Below, one piece after another: positions 13,201 through 27,611 of a DNA stretch of 64,000 nucleotides (positions are counted from its first letter, which is position 1; each line of letters opens with the position of its first letter). The notes below the pieces were generated by a model. The model did not search any database, had not been told where the DNA came from, and saw only the letters and a program-made list of their open reading frames with translations. The stretch comes from Octopus vulgaris (Eukaryota): NCBI GenBank assembly GCA_951406725.2, contig OX597814.1, positions 187,302,001-187,366,000 of the forward strand, in the 5' to 3' direction. Both the position numbers and the translations under genes were made by a program.

Positions 13201-16200
13201 CTGAAGAGTGAGTCAGAAGGTTACAGTTCTGGGTGGTAGGTCAGTGAGTTCAAATTTTCTGTCTCCACCCATAAGCATACAACTGAGATAGGGTGGTCTG
13301 CAGTAACATTTCTTGCCAATGTATATCAACAATCCTCCAAACTGAATCTTTGGGTTTTATGTCAAACTCTGAAGTTTATAATTTTTGCTGGGATCTTGGT
13401 CTGGTAACCCATGGGATGAACTCAACTGATACAGTTGTACTAAAACTACTACCAAAATAGCATAAAAAGCAAGGTGGACAGCTGAAAATATGGGATTATT
13501 ATTATAATTAGATCTGATTTTGAATCAATATCGAGTTCTCACATATAAGGTGTCCATTATCTGAACTGCGACCTCTGTGTTGAGGTTTGTAATTGCCAAG
13601 TGTAGTTGGCTTCTGTTGTGATGCTGTGAACTTAATGACTGAGCCAGCTCAACTCATCCCAGTAAACTCTGACACAAGTACCAGTAGGTATTATGTTATA
13701 GTGAGGGCAATGGAAAGAAGGAAGAGGTGTGCAGGGTATGTGGGCCAGCTAGCAGACAGTATATTAATTAGCTAAATGAAACAAGAAAAGGCAATTGTAG
13801 TAGTGGTAGACAAAGCAATGGGAGAATACAGCACATCAATGATTGAAGTATTTTGGTGAATGAATAATTGTCAGTCAGTCAAATGGCCTTCTTTTGGAAG
13901 AAGTGTAAGATATTTGTGCATGTCACAGCAGTACTATCTCATAGACATGAGCAATACTCCAAAGTGAATGAACACATTTATGCTTATGTTTCAGTATTTA
14001 AATATTGAAGACAAACTGCATGATTGGCGACATCTATATATGAATGGTGTGATTTCTCAAGTAAGTGCACAAGCCCTATCCCCAAGAGATGTATGTATAA
14101 TCTATATAACTTTCAGTAAGCCTACAAATCAGATATTGAGGCCATCTAGATAGGCAGACTTTACAACAGAAGTTTGCTGTCATTCAGACATTATTTAGAC
14201 CACTATTCAGACACATAAACTCTGCCAAATATATATCAGGTCTTCATTGTTTTAATTACAGATGTTTTATTCTATTTTTAGATCTCTTAAAATACACATA
14301 CATACACTCATAAACATAAAAGAGTCCATGTGTTTTGTTTCGGTTTCAACATAATATTTTAAAACTTATTGGTTTTAAAATGTTGCCTCATAGTCACGGA
14401 AAAATACTTGAGGCTGAAGTAAAGTACTTGCTATGCTTGGTCGTTGTCATTAGAAACAAAACAAAATGAAACACATACTTCAAAGGTGAGCAAAGGAATA
14501 GAATGCGCTCATGTTCTTCTAATAATTCATGTGAAAGTACATGAATTTCAAAACCCATCAAGTAATACATGCAGCATGGAAAATAGCAATATGGATTTAA
14601 AATAAGCTATGCAATCATAAAGGAATGCCACTGTTTGTGGCAACCATAAATTAATTAATTAATTAATTAAGAATGTTAACATAAGGAATAGAACATACTC
14701 ATACAATATACAATAGGAGACTATTATATCAAAATCAGATTTAAACAGAAGATAGATTTTCAAAGCAGTTTTGATTTTAAAAATATGGCTTCAGAATGTG
14801 GTCGAAATGAGGTTGACCTGGGACTGTCATTGTGACACTAGGTGATGTAATGATCTAACAAGAGTTATTGTTGTTGTTATTGGTGGCAGGTGGATGATCA
14901 ATGTTTATCTCCTATTTTTAAACTTTCTTATTTTCTGAATGCATTTGCCATCACCTCTTTTGGTCAATCAGCTACATATGATAGCATAGCTCTTGATTGA
15001 AATTTTGTAATAACTCTCAAGCTGGGGTATTTCCACTAATCTGTTAACTGGTTGGCCTTATAGTCTATATAGTCTTTGATCCTGGCATCTTCCCATATGG
15101 GAAGATTCTACCAATTGTTAAATGAGTGTTGCATTAAAAAAACACAAAACAATAGTCTGAGATTTTATCTTGGTCAAGTATTCAATGTACAGTCTTAGTT
15201 CAAGGTTATGAATCATGGGAAAATGAAAGTACAACATACCACAGTTGGAACAACCTTTTTCTCAAATAAGAAGATAAAAAAAACCCACATCACAGCAGAA
15301 CTTAGCATACAAGAGATCCTGGAGTAGTAGCTATAGAATACTAGGTTTGTTTATCACCCAAAAATAATTAATGGTTAAAGAGGGCCATGCTGGTCAGCTG
15401 GCAGAAACTTTCTAACTAGCAATATCTTGTTACAGTCACAACCTTCATGTAATTAATACAATTCCTTTTAATTATGAACATAAATAAAAAAATTTTTTTA
15501 ATCACGAAAAGAAACATAACTGTAGGACAAAATTTGTTTCCTTCCTAGAACTTATGAATACGCCACATATAATGTTATATCAATGATAATCAATGAATAT
15601 CTGGTAGGAATTGAACTTGTGTTGCCTAACTGGTACAGTAATCAAAGTTATAAACATGCAATAGGATTTAATTGTCATAATATTTTGCTTCATTTCTCAT
15701 TTCTCTTACACAATGAAATGAATTTTAATTCAAAGAACAACTTTTCTTTATTTACTGATGTCCACTAAGAGATCAGCTCCGGGCAGCTCTGGTTGAGCAA
15801 ATTTATGATCAAAGGTGTCCCAGCCATGACCATCTCATCTTTTTTCCTAAGCTAGTCTATCCAATCTATTGGTATGGTATTTGTGTGAGACTGTTGTCAT
15901 GTCGAATTGTTTGTATTTACAAGAGTTTATATTTTATAGGTTAAATAAAGATTTTCACTAAATAAGGAAATTTAACCACTCATCAATGATAACATAGCTC
16001 TAGATTTGCCAAGCAATTCCCTTTTCTACCCTACTGCCTATTCTCCCCAACCCCACTCCTGCAACACCAGGCAGACAGGTGATCCCAATCTGACTTCATT
16101 TTCTTTTTATTTCTTATGATTATTATTTATAGTTCTCCAACATTCTGGTAGAGTTAACACATTTGAAACATCACTAACATATATATTCAGGAGAATTCAA

Positions 16201-18014
16201 CTATAATTTTAATCCATTTCTATAGCTGGTGCTTGCTATGCAGCTAACAGATAGTAGTAGGAGTAGGAGTACTGTAGAAGTATTTAATCTTTCTTTGCAC
16301 TACTTTTCAGGAATCATCTTAAAAATAAATAAATATATTCTGAAAGTGCTGTCCAAAGATAGAAGATAAACATGGAAGAATATTAAATAATGAAATGCTG
16401 CTAGCTAACATCAAAATTTCTCCCAGCTGAAAAAAATATATTAAGACTTAAGTGAAGAAATTTCAGCAATCATTATTTTACATAGGAAGATATAAAGTTG
16501 ATAGCAAGAACAGACTAATATCAAAGACAAACCCTGCTGGTGATAAATTTAAAGCAATAAGATTATAGGTTGGTAATGACAGACAAAATACAGATGCTAC
16601 TAAGCTAGACTTATAAGATTTACTACACAAAATGGAAATCAAAATAAAGCAATTTTTTAAAGGCAAATTTTCTTGATATAATTGTTTTAATGGGTTATTG
16701 GAATATTGAATAAGCAGAAAAAATACCGAGGTGGAAATCATATCTAAGACTGTGTACAACATATACACTCATATTCTGCAGGTGTAGGGTATTTCTTTTT
16801 TATTTCCAGACTCTGATTACTAGACAATATTTTTGCCTTCTTTCTTTCTTTTATTATAATTATCACAAAACAATTCATCAGAGCTCTTCAAGTGAAATCA
16901 TCCTATTTTAACGCCTTCTATTCAATAAAGAATGTTATTGAAAAAGACAACTGTTGTTTAAACAGATTTAGGAACTGGAAAACAGTGTAACCTTTGTAAA
17001 GTTGGCTATCTGTGTCAGAAAATGTGTTTGAGAAAAGTTGATAGTGTGAAAAGTGAAAATGTAGGGCATTGCCTTTAAAGGTGTGTTTTAATAAATTCAG
17101 CAGGATGTACTCATAATAGTTAACTTTATTTACAGCATGAAGTTAACATGTGTTCTACTTTAAGCTGATTCTAGCAGATAGAATAAAAATATTACTACTT
17201 CTGAATCTACACACAAACTCCAACAAATAATCCGTTATTATACTTCATTATACTAAAAGCAATATCTGGTATGAGAAATAAATGTAGAGTTCAAATAAAA
17301 AGAAGCAGTTACTCTAAGAACCATTTGAAAAATGTGAGAAACTAGTTGTTCATTATGATAGTATAAAGTAAGAAAATATAGAGTAAAAAAGACAAATCAA
17401 AACAGCAAAATTCAGTCACTGTTCTGGCCAGTAATTTGAAAAATAAAAATAAAAATCTTATGTGAAAAGGCTGACAGAATTTATTGAGTGACAAACAGAT
17501 ATTTAATTAGCTATCTACTTAATGAAAACACTAACAAAAGCTAGGCAAGGAGTACAACAGGTAGGTAAAGTAAAATTTGCTTTTGCTTTAAACATTATTA
17601 AAGTGGCTGCTAACTCCAAACTTTATTGTATCATTGTACCAGGACATTTGTATGAGTGTAATTCATTTAGTTTATTTATTTTTTTCGTAAGTGGATATAA
17701 TCGGAATAGTTGCGAGCAGAAACATGTTTGGAAAAGCTTTCACTCTCTTAAAAATCAGGTTGAAGATTCTTTACATGCACAAGTCTTATCTTGACTTTAG
17801 TGAAATGAATTTCTAGGAGAAAAAATAACTAACTAACAGACAATGGAGCCAAGCTGTAGTGAACAATTATAGTAATGAATGTGAAGCTGATCTGATTACT
17901 GGAGTCTTAGTTTAATTTTAATATACTCAAGATACAGCCTATTTCAAAGTTGCAACTTCTCTCATACTTTGTATACTATTGAACTTAGATTGATTCTACT
18001 TCAAAACCCATATG

Positions 18015-19245
18015 TTGGGTTGGCAAGGAAGTAATTTCGTTTTTTGCAAATAGATAGAGTTACAATTTTTTTTTAATGATTTTTGTCAATGTCATGATTT
18101 TTTCCTTTTGACATTTGATAGCCATTACTTTGAGCTTACTTTAGAAGCAAATTGCATGTAATTTTATTTGCAGCTGTTAGTTCAATGTCAATTTTAACAT
18201 GGAGTGCAAAAATGAACATTTTTCACCATATTTTACTTTTTTTATTTCCATAAAGGCAAGAAAGCTGCTGAGGTTCACGAAGAGATATGTGAAGTTTATG
18301 GTGTTGACTGCCTAACAGAATGCACATATTAGAAATAGTTTAAAAAATTTTGTTCTGGAGATTTTTCACTCAAAGATAACCAATGTTCTGGTTGACCTAG
18401 TGAAGGTGATGATGACCGAATCAAAGCCATAATTGTCATATAACTAAAAATCACTTAAAATATCTAGGACTCATTAAGAAGCTCGATATTTGGGTTCCAC
18501 ATAAATTGAAAAAGATTCACTTCACACAATGAATCAATATTTGCGATATGCATCTCAAATGCAATGTAATCAACCTCTTTTTTGAAACCAATCATCACTG
18601 GTGATGACAAATGGATTGTCTACAATAACATGAATCGAAAATGATCATAGTCCAAGTGTAATGAAGCAGCATAAACCACTTCGAAAGCTGAATTGCATAA
18701 AAAAAAAAAAGGTCATGGCGTCAATTTGGTGGGATTACAAAAGTGTTGTGTATTTTGAGCTGCTTCCAAGGAACCAAATGATCAGTTCAGATGTTTACTG
18801 TCAACAACTAATGAAACTGGAGGAAGCAATCAAAGAAAAACAGCCAGAATTGGCAAATCATAAAGGAATCGTGTTCTACCATGACAACGATAGACCACAC
18901 ATGTCTTTGTTAAATCGTGAAAAATTATTGGAGCTTGGTTGGAAAGTGATGTCACATCCACCATATAGACCTGACCATGCACCATCAGATTACCATTTAT
19001 TTTGAAGTTTGCAAAATTCTTCGATTGGTAAGACTTTCAATAATGATGATGACCTGAAATTGCATTTGCTTCAGTTTTTGGCTGATAAGGACAAGAAGTT
19101 CTATGAGTGCAGAATCATAAAGTTGCCAGAAAGGTCATCGAGCAAAATGGAAAATATATAATTGATTAAAGTTCATTCTTTGTATGAAAAAATAATTACT
19201 TTTATTTCACGCTAAAAACCCAAAATTACTTCCTTGCCAACCCAA
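18015..19245 (+). mobile_element. Near full-length defective mariner transposon, mellifera-subfamily-like
   Basis: TIRs TTGGGTTGGCAAGGAAGTAATTT / AAATTACTTCCTTGCCAACCCAA, followed by TA on the right; about 1.23 kb. Broken transposase from about 18199 (MECKNEHF..HILL), with WVPH, ITGDDKW, HDNDRPH and HPPYRPDHAPSDYHLF; multiple stops and frameshifts. Confidence 0.95.
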
Positions 19246-21121
19246 TAGATTTAGTAGATTCCATTTGTACCAGATTCTGAATTAGTTTGAATGGCTACAA
19301 AAAAAAAAGGGTAGGGAACAATGGATTGGAAGACAGAAACATAGTGAACAACCAGCTAAGTATCGCGGTACCACATTCTATGTATATTATTGTAAAGACT
19401 TCTTAGGTGACAGACTTCAGGTAGTTTCCTTAAGGACTTAAATTTAAGAGCATCAAAAACCTCAGATCAGAAGATAAACAGCAAAATCAGGAATAGCAGG
19501 ATACATGTGAGTTAAAAACAGAAAATGTAAGTTACATTGAAATAAAATTTCCATTACAGACAAGAAAACAGTAGAGACAGTACTGAGTACTTGATCAGGA
19601 AGTCTAGCTTAAATTCAAATTCAATATAGCTTCAGACGATTATAGATAATTATAGATATAAATATTGATTAATATAACATATAAATCCCACTTAAATGTT
19701 ACAGCTAACTATTCTTAAGCTCAAAGAGTATAACTTTGTTGTAGCCTTTAAATGAAACAACGAAAGCTTGAAAAATAAAGACATGTCTACAGTTTTAAAC
19801 CAATTACTTAACATAACTGCTAACTCAACTAAAGCATCCTCAAGATTTTCAAACAGTGCTATTATACATCTATTTTGTTTCCCCAATATATCCTTTCTAA
19901 GTCTTATATATTATGGCAGACACATATAATTAAAAAAAATAGTGAATAAAGAATAAAAGTTTCTGATATTTATTGTTTCCAATAACTTCAGTAAGCTCAA
20001 CCTGATGACAGTTTCACTATCTTAAGAAAATTTCTTGCTAAGCAAATTTTGGTAACAAAAATTTTTTTTCGATATATTCTTTGGTGTGTTGAATTAAATG
20101 CCAGCTGTACAACATAGTATTCCTGGCCTGAAAAAGAGTAGCTTGATAGTTTATTAATTTCCATTTGGTTATGTTCTCTTAACATTCTGAATTCAAATTC
20201 CATCAGTTGCTTTCCATTTTCTTTTCCAGGAGTCAATAAATTAAATATAAGCAATATACTGGTGTCAACTTAATCAGCTATACCTGCTTTGACAAACAGG
20301 GGCACTTACGTGTGACTGCTTAACCTAGTGAGAAATAGCAGCTAAATACCCTTCATATCATAAGCTAGAGGTTTTTTTTCTCTTTTTATAGAACAACACA
20401 TTGGATATGATAGTCCTAAATATACTATGCCTGAAAAGAGGAAAAGAAAAGAAAGGAACAAACCAGACTGGTTGTGGCTAAAATGCTTTCCATTATAGAT
20501 CCACTTGCCATTAGAGAACTGAAGCTAAATAACATCTATGCTTCTTTCTCAACAAATTTCTAGCACTATAGCATAGTTAAAAATCAATGAGAAGAAAACA
20601 CTATCAGTCATGCTACATAACTTTTCAAGGAAATTTTCTTAAAAAGTTTTGAAAGTTTACTATCAACAGAAAATAAAAGTAAAATGCTCGGCTCACTGTA
20701 ATTAAATTGTATATAAGCCTGTTCTATTGTACAGGATTGGTAAAAAGTAAGTGTTGTATAAGAAGGAAATTCATTTGTGATGTTCATATTGAGCAAAAAG
20801 GTGGCTGAGTTTTTCTGCTATATCAGTGCAAGTGATGTGATTATTCCTAAAGGGAATCTGCAAAGTGAGCAATGGTAGGTGATCTGGAATCTAGGCTGGG
20901 TTTGTGACAAACCTACTGACATTAACAAAAGGCAGCATAATGCATTTTGATGCTGGTTATATTTTGTGCAGAAGTTGGCAAGTGAAGAAAAATAATGCAT
21001 ATTGATCAAGAATTGTAATAAGTAGACAACTGACTAATGAAAGAACATCGATAGTGAGAAATCAATACAAAAGCAGCAACAAAAACAATAAGCAACTAAG
21101 TAAAAGAGAAACTTGACTTAC

Positions 21122-21257
21122 TTTTGAGGTACAGCAGGCATATTCTTTTGCAACTGATGATGCATGCCTGGGCTTTTAGCCGAATCAGGCGTGCGTGTCT
21201 TCTGATGTCTTAATAACAATAACCTTCCCAGCTCCTCACACCACATCGAGAGCATAG
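21122..21257 (-). CDS. ZMIZ1: Coding exon of ZMIZ1/ZMIZ2-family (Zimp10/tonalli-like) MIZ zinc-finger coactivator; end of the Zmiz1 N-terminal domain
   Basis: Minus strand reads tttcag|CT ATG CTC TCG ATG TGG TGT GAG GAG CTG GGA AGG TTA TTG TTA TTA AGA CAT CAG AAG...CCT CAA AA|gtaagt = (A)[44 protein letters not shown]. This matches human ZMIZ1 [22 protein letters not shown] as recalled. Canonical AG/GT, 136 nt, phase 1 in, phase 2 out. Not in the ORF track. Confidence 0.93.
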
Positions 21258-21405
21258 CTGAAACATAGACAAGTTACATCCTCAGAAATTTTTTAAACAT
21301 TTTTAGTGCAATGCATACAACAACAATAACAAGAGGTATGTAAAAATGTTACAAGCGAATCTATCTGAACTATGTTCTCTGAAACTAAATACATTTTACA
21401 AGTAC

Positions 21406-21446
<41 letters not shown>

Positions 21447-22539
21447 GTTGAAAATACATGCACATACAGGTGTAAGCATGGCTATGTAGTTACAGAGATC
21501 ACTTTGCAATTACAAGGTTTCAAGTTCTCCCTCACTGCATGGTACCCTGAATGTTTTCTACTATAAACCTGGGCCAACCAATGCTTTGTGAGTGAAACTA
21601 ATAGACAGAAATTGTTAAGTTGCCAATTCTCTGAGAGTGAGAGTGTGTGTGCATGCACGCACATGCATGTGTGTACACACACACACACATGCTTGAGTAA
21701 AATGATGTGTTTACGTTTCCTGTAGATATGTCCCATTGCTCTACTTTTGAAGACTAGAGGAATAACAAAAATCCCTTGAAAACAAGATAAGAATTCACAA
21801 TAGGTAAGGCATTTAGTCATAAAATGCTTCTTCATATAAGTATCCACCTAACCCATGCAAACTTCAAAGGACTGGCATAAAGCAGATAAAATATTAGGGA
21901 GTTCTTGTCTATCTTAAAAAGTTAAGTAAGTGATTTCAACCAAATTACATAATTTCTGAGATAAAAAAAATCGTATACTTTAAGTGTCCTCATTTTAGTT
22001 TGTCACAGTCACAATATTTCAGCTATTATATGGCCATCTTCTAATGCTTGTCATGCTCAGCAATATGTTCATAATGTTGAACTAAACCCTTTATTCAAAC
22101 AAAGAGTAGATGACAGTCCATATCCCATTGTCCATGCCAGGAATATTTTCATATTAGTTACACTTAAACTGGTGATGCCACTAATATATTCTGCTTGGAC
22201 CAGAGTATATATCAAATCACTAACCTATGAACTGAACTCACATCCACCAGGTAAACAAAAACACTTAACATCTGACACTTAATCAAAACTTATATTCACT
22301 ATGCCACTGTTCCATATATTAGTGTATAAAACTTTTTTTATTTAACAAAAAATATTTTGTATCAGTGTTCTATGGGTTTCTTTTTCTTTTTTTTTTGTAA
22401 CTCTTGTTCTTCCTGTACAACTTTTGCTTATTGTTTTTGAAATTTAAATAAAGTTTACCTCTATTTAGGCATATAACAGAGGAGTGCCAAGTAAGATAAA
22501 ATTAACATTTTCAACACCAATTTCTCTTTGCTTTCAATC

Positions 22540-23515
22540 AAAGTTACAAAACTATGAATGCCACTCTAGAAAATTGTGCTATGTACAGAGAAAGTATTAT
22601 TACTCAAAGAACTGCACAGAATTGATTTTTACGCTTCAAGGTAGGGAAATTTGCCCTCACAAGCTCTCCATGTTCTAGCTGACCTGTTCAGTTCAATGAG
22701 GATTGACTACGCAAACAAGTCCTCAGGGGAATTGATCCAGTGGATGGGATGCTCCCATGATACGGTCACCTGTCACTTTCACTTGATGGGTAAGGTCAAA
22801 AAATTTGGTGCATGGGTGCCACATGCTCTGGACAAAAGAAACAAACTCTAGCACTCCTCTATTGCTGCAAATTTTTCACTCAATATTAGGTTACTCGTGA
22901 ACAGAAACAGGCATTTCTTCACTGCATTGTCACCAGCAATGAAAAATGGTATCTTAATGTCAATATGAAGCAAAGAAAAGAATGCTCAATCACAAAAAGC
23001 AATCAACATCTTAACTCAAGCCAGAGTTGTATCCATGCAAAACCAAGGTCTGTGTTTGGTGGGACTGGAAAGGGCTAATCCACTACAAAATGTTTGAAAC
23101 CTACAATCAATGCAGAGCTTTATGTTCTGAAAATGCACTTAGCTAAAATGATCCAGTCAGTAAAATAGTGTACTTCTTCAACATGACAATGCTCACTCCC
23201 AATATTGCTAGTTTAACCAAAATTCCTATTCAAGGGCTCAGATGGGAAGATCTACCACACTTTCCATGTTTACCTAATATAGTGCTTTCAGATGTTTTTT
23301 TTTTTTTTTTGTAGAAAATATGGCTAATTGAAGTCATCGAGTCAAGACACGGTGATTACCATTAAGGCATTGACAAACCAGGATAATGTTGAGAAGTAGC
23401 TATGAACAATGAAAGAGATATATTACTGACTGATTCGTTAAAATCGTTGATGAAAAATAAGGATTAAAATAAATGGGGGTGGGGAGGACCAAACAAATTT
23501 ATCCAACAATCTTAA
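22540..23515 (+). mobile_element. Older, highly decayed mariner transposase relic
   Basis: Motif remnants KKFGAWVPHAL, FLHCIVTSNEKW, VCVWWDWKGLIHY, LLQHDNAH and WEDLPHFP; ends uncertain. Confidence 0.8.
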
Positions 23516-24052
23516 TACTTGTGAAAAGTTCAATTTCTTATGATATTAACAACCTTCACCACAGAGCAAAACCAAAGGCTTAATCAAAATAACATACTGA
23601 AACCATGTTACGAACATCTATAAATGTTATGCATCAAAATGAAAATGAGAACATTTCTAAGACATGGAATTTTCAAATCCTGCTAGTTTGAATAAATGAC
23701 TGAGTGTAAATAATGAGACAAAAGAATCCAGTTTTCAAAAGTAAATGTATAAAAGTCAGTTTCACCCAAGAAATACAGTGTGTATTTAAAAATGAAAACA
23801 ATATTGTTTCCAAAAACAGAAAAGTAGGTTTGAGTTTTGCATGGATAAATTACTCTAGTTTTTTTTTTGTTTCTCTCATGGGAATAAATGAACAATTTAA
23901 TAATTTATAAACATTCATTGTAGAGTCAATTTCTTCATTTTATGCTATTACGTCAGCATACTAACTTAAGAATTTTCTTTTTTTATGGCATCAACAGTTC
24001 AATTCCTTTATAAGAACAAGCTAATTAATTTATCATTTTCGCTCAATGAATT

Positions 24053-25163
24053 TATCATCATCATCATCATCGTTGTTTAACGTCTGCTTTCCATGCTGGC
24101 ATGGGTTGGGTGGTTTGACTGAGGGTTGGTGAGCCAGAAGGCTGCACCAGGCTCCAATCTGATCTGGCAAAGTTTATACAGCTGGATGCCCTTCCTAACG
24201 CACACCACATCTGATGCAGTCCAACTTTTCTCTCTGTGCGCTTACACTCTATCGTGTATGTACACTGGCATTACAGATCCAGTGGAGCATACTGGCTTCA
24301 TTCCTTACAAGCTTACACATGTCCTCAGCAGTCACGGCCCATGTTTCACTGCCATGTAGCATGGCTGTTTGCACACTTGCGTCATACAGTTTACCTTTTA
24401 CTTTGAGCAAGAGGCCCTTTGTCACCAGCAGAAGTAGGAGCTCCCTGAACATTGCCCAGACTATTCTTATTCTAGCAGCTACACTTTCAGAGCCCCCCCC
24501 CCCCCCCGCGAATGACTTAGTCACATAGGTCACAGACACTATCAACTACTTCTAGTTTTCTTCCTGGAATGTGACGGAAGCTGTTCTCTGCACATTTTCA
24601 GTGTTTATTGCTCCTGAGCATTTGCCACACAGATAGCCTTCCTTTGATATTGGTGCACCTCTTATGTGTCTATTGCTTACACTGGGTACATCTTATAGAG
24701 TTTCTACCTACACCTTTTCTACAGATCGAGCAGGGCCATCTACCTGAAGGGATTTGTGGTTTGTCTGCCTTCCTACTTATTAATAAGACTTTGGTTTTAG
24801 CTAAGTTGACTCTAAGACCCTTCGATTCTAGACCTTGCTTCCACACCTGAAACTTCTCCAGTTCTGATAGTGATTCAGCTATTAGAGCAAGGTCATCTGC
24901 ACAGAGAAGCTCTCAGGGGCATTCTGTCTTGAATTCTTCTGTTATTACCTGGAGGACTATGATGTATAAGAGGGGGCTGAGAACTAATCTTTGGTGGACC
25001 TCTACCCCTACTTGGAATTTTCCACTGTTCTCATTGCCAACCCTCACCTTACTGACAGCATCCCTGTACATGGCTTGTACAGTTCTCACTAACCATTTAT
25101 CTATCCCTAATTTCCTCATTGATCACCAGATAAGGGATCAGAGGACCCTGTGAAAGGCTTTCT
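24053..25163 (-). mobile_element. 5'-truncated RTE-clade LINE (reverse transcriptase region and 3' end)
   Basis: Minus-strand RT motifs VHQRLVLSPLLYIIV, LLCADDLALIAES (YADD equivalent), LRVNLAKTKVL and MLHGSETWA; 3' end CCAACCCATGCCAGCATGGAAAGCAGACGTTAAAC followed by a (GAT)n tail. Confidence 0.9.
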
Positions 25164-27001
25164 AAAATTTTCGCTTCAGTCCCTTCACGGGTCATATTGA
25201 AATATGTGCATATGAGTGTGTCTTTAACCTTTTCTTTTCATCAACACTAAAAGAAAAATATTTTACGAAACTGAAAGAATGTCTGTGGAATCAGTGGTTA
25301 TGTTTATTATAGAGGATAAACCTTTCAACAAAGTAGCATTTTCATTAAAATAGTGACTGCATATTTTGTCTTAAATCTTAAAATAGCACCCAATAGCAAA
25401 TGTGGAATAAGCAAGGCTGGAAGTTGATTGAACAATGAAATTCAGCCTAAACTGACATCCTGTTTCATTTCATTATCTGTATTTGTCTGCTGAACAGAGT
25501 TGATCAAAGCCAATGAAACAATAAATTGGTTATGTAAAAGACAAATAAGAGAAATAATGATTTAAAAATCAAAGCTAACATGAAAGTAGTATCTAGTATT
25601 CAATTAAAGCTGGTAACTCTGAGAAGGACAATTGTTTTTTAGAAAACAAATGAATTCTTAGTTCAATCTTATGAAACTGAGCGATCTCCAGACTTCACAA
25701 AGAGAGAAAATAATCATCACAATCCCCTTGAGAAGGAAACTGATTATCACTATTACTGTCAACACTGCCATTTTATAAACTGATGTTATTAAATAGCTGC
25801 AATCAGATTTATTTGAGGCATGCTAGTTAATCAAACATTCAAAGAATAACAAACTCAACACAACCTCTTAAACCAATATCTCAGCCTGCTACAAATGCTT
25901 ATTTTACTGACAATAGAGGGATAGAAATGAAAAGAAAAATCATCAAAACAAATCTCCAAAACAAAACCATAATCTTTGTAAATTATCCTAAAGTAATTCA
26001 CTGCTCTTTGTATCCTTTCCTTTCCTCTTTTTATTTTTTGTTACTGTTTACAACTCTTTCCTAATACCGTTGGATAAGCAGATCAACAGATATGGACTAA
26101 TATTAATAAAGCATAATTGATATCTCAACAAATATTTTAAAGTGATTCCAAAAAATTTTTTTATATAAACAAACCAATTTTCTGGCCATGAAAAGCATCA
26201 TTTAACAGGTATCAACAAGATGTAGTGTTACATGATAACCAAAGAAATATTTACACATTAACATCAACATTTCTTCAACTGACTTAAAATGTCACTAAAA
26301 TATAGAACACTGGTTTCTATCTCTGACTGCAACGCTTATCTAGAAAATATGGATTATCCTTAATTTATTTATTCTTTCTTTCTTTCTTCTTTGGGTGGAG
26401 TTTTAATATATCATGTTTTTCCCAGGGTTCCCTTTCTCAGTAATATCAGTAGACAGTATTTATCATATTCTTCAAAATAGACTTGTTTATATGATAATTG
26501 CGGCTAGATAGATATGAAAATTTCTTTTTAACCGACAATATTATATTTTTTTTTACTATCTTTTCCAAAAATAATTTTACTTTTCTTGCTCTGATTATCT
26601 TTCTCAAGAAAACATGAGTCATAGTTTCTAACCAGTTATATGTCGAGGAAAAACTTAACTCTTGTTTTCCTGGCACATAAGAGCAAGTTTAGCTATAACA
26701 GATGGGAGTGGAGGGGGTGTATCTCATGCAATGCCAGACATTTCAATATGGGATTACAGCTTCAGGGCGGGTACTGCAACATATTACTTTATCAATTAGT
26801 GTAAATGATAGACTCCTATCTTAAAGCATATCGAGACAGTTGCTCTATTTTCGTTTTCCTCTATATAGAACACAGCTTGGTAATCACTGCAGATGTTGTT
26901 CAGACATGCTCAAGCAGACCTATGAAACAAAAACCTTGAGCTTTGACCATCCTGTCTCTTTCTACAGGCATAGTAAACCTAGGATTACATTTCCTGAAGT
27001 A

Positions 27002-27611
27002 CAGTAATCCCTTGCCATATCGTGGTTCACCTATCGCGGTTTACTATTTAAGCTTACGTCAATTCCTCCAGGGTGTTGCTTTGCATTTATAATGAAATAA
27101 ATATATACAAATTATAAAAAGTTTTTAAAATATACAGTACGGGAGTGGCTGTGTGGTAAGTAGCTTGTTTACCAACCACATGGTTCCGGGTTCAGTCCCA
27201 CTGCGTGGCATCTTGGCTAAGTGTCTTCTGCTATAGCCCCGGGCCGACCAATGCCTTGTGAGTGGATTTGGTAGACGGAAACTGAAAGAAGCCTGTCGTA
27301 TATATGTATGTTTGTGTGTGTGTTTGTGTGTCTGTGTTTGTCCCCCTAGCATTGCTTGACAACCGATGCTGGTGTGTTTATGTCCCCGTCACTTAGCAGT
27401 TCGGCAAAAGAGACCGATAGAATAAGTACTGGGCTTACAAAGAATAAGTCCCGGGGTCGATTTGCTCGACTAAAAGGCGGTGCTCCAGCATGGCCGCAGT
27501 CAAATGACTGAAACAAGTAAAAGAGTAGTACAGTACTGTTTCTACTTTGTGAATTTTTACCAGTCACAGGGGGTTTGGACTGTAACACCCGCGATAGTCA
27601 AGGGATAACTG
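27002..27611. mobile_element. pogo/Tigger-like MITE interrupted by the SINE
   Basis: TIRs CAGTAATCCCTTG..ATATCG / CGATAGTCAAGGGATAACTG, flanked by TA on both sides (27000-27001, 27612-27613). Confidence 0.85.
27141..27528 (+). mobile_element. Young tRNA-derived octopus SINE with 8-bp target-site duplication
   Basis: A/B-box-like GGAGTGGCTGTGTGGTAAG..GGTTCAGTCCC, internal (TA/TG)n, tail GACTGAAACAAGTAAAAGAG; TSD TACAGTAC at 27133-27140 and 27529-27536. Confidence 0.9.

Larger units (their letters stand above)
5637..21121 (-). other. Phase-2 intron (15.5 kb) of the ZMIZ1-like gene
   Basis: GTAAGT donor at 21121 and pyrimidine tract + TAG acceptor ending at 5637; frame is preserved across the junction. 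An unseen frame-preserving exon cannot be excluded. Confidence 0.8.
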
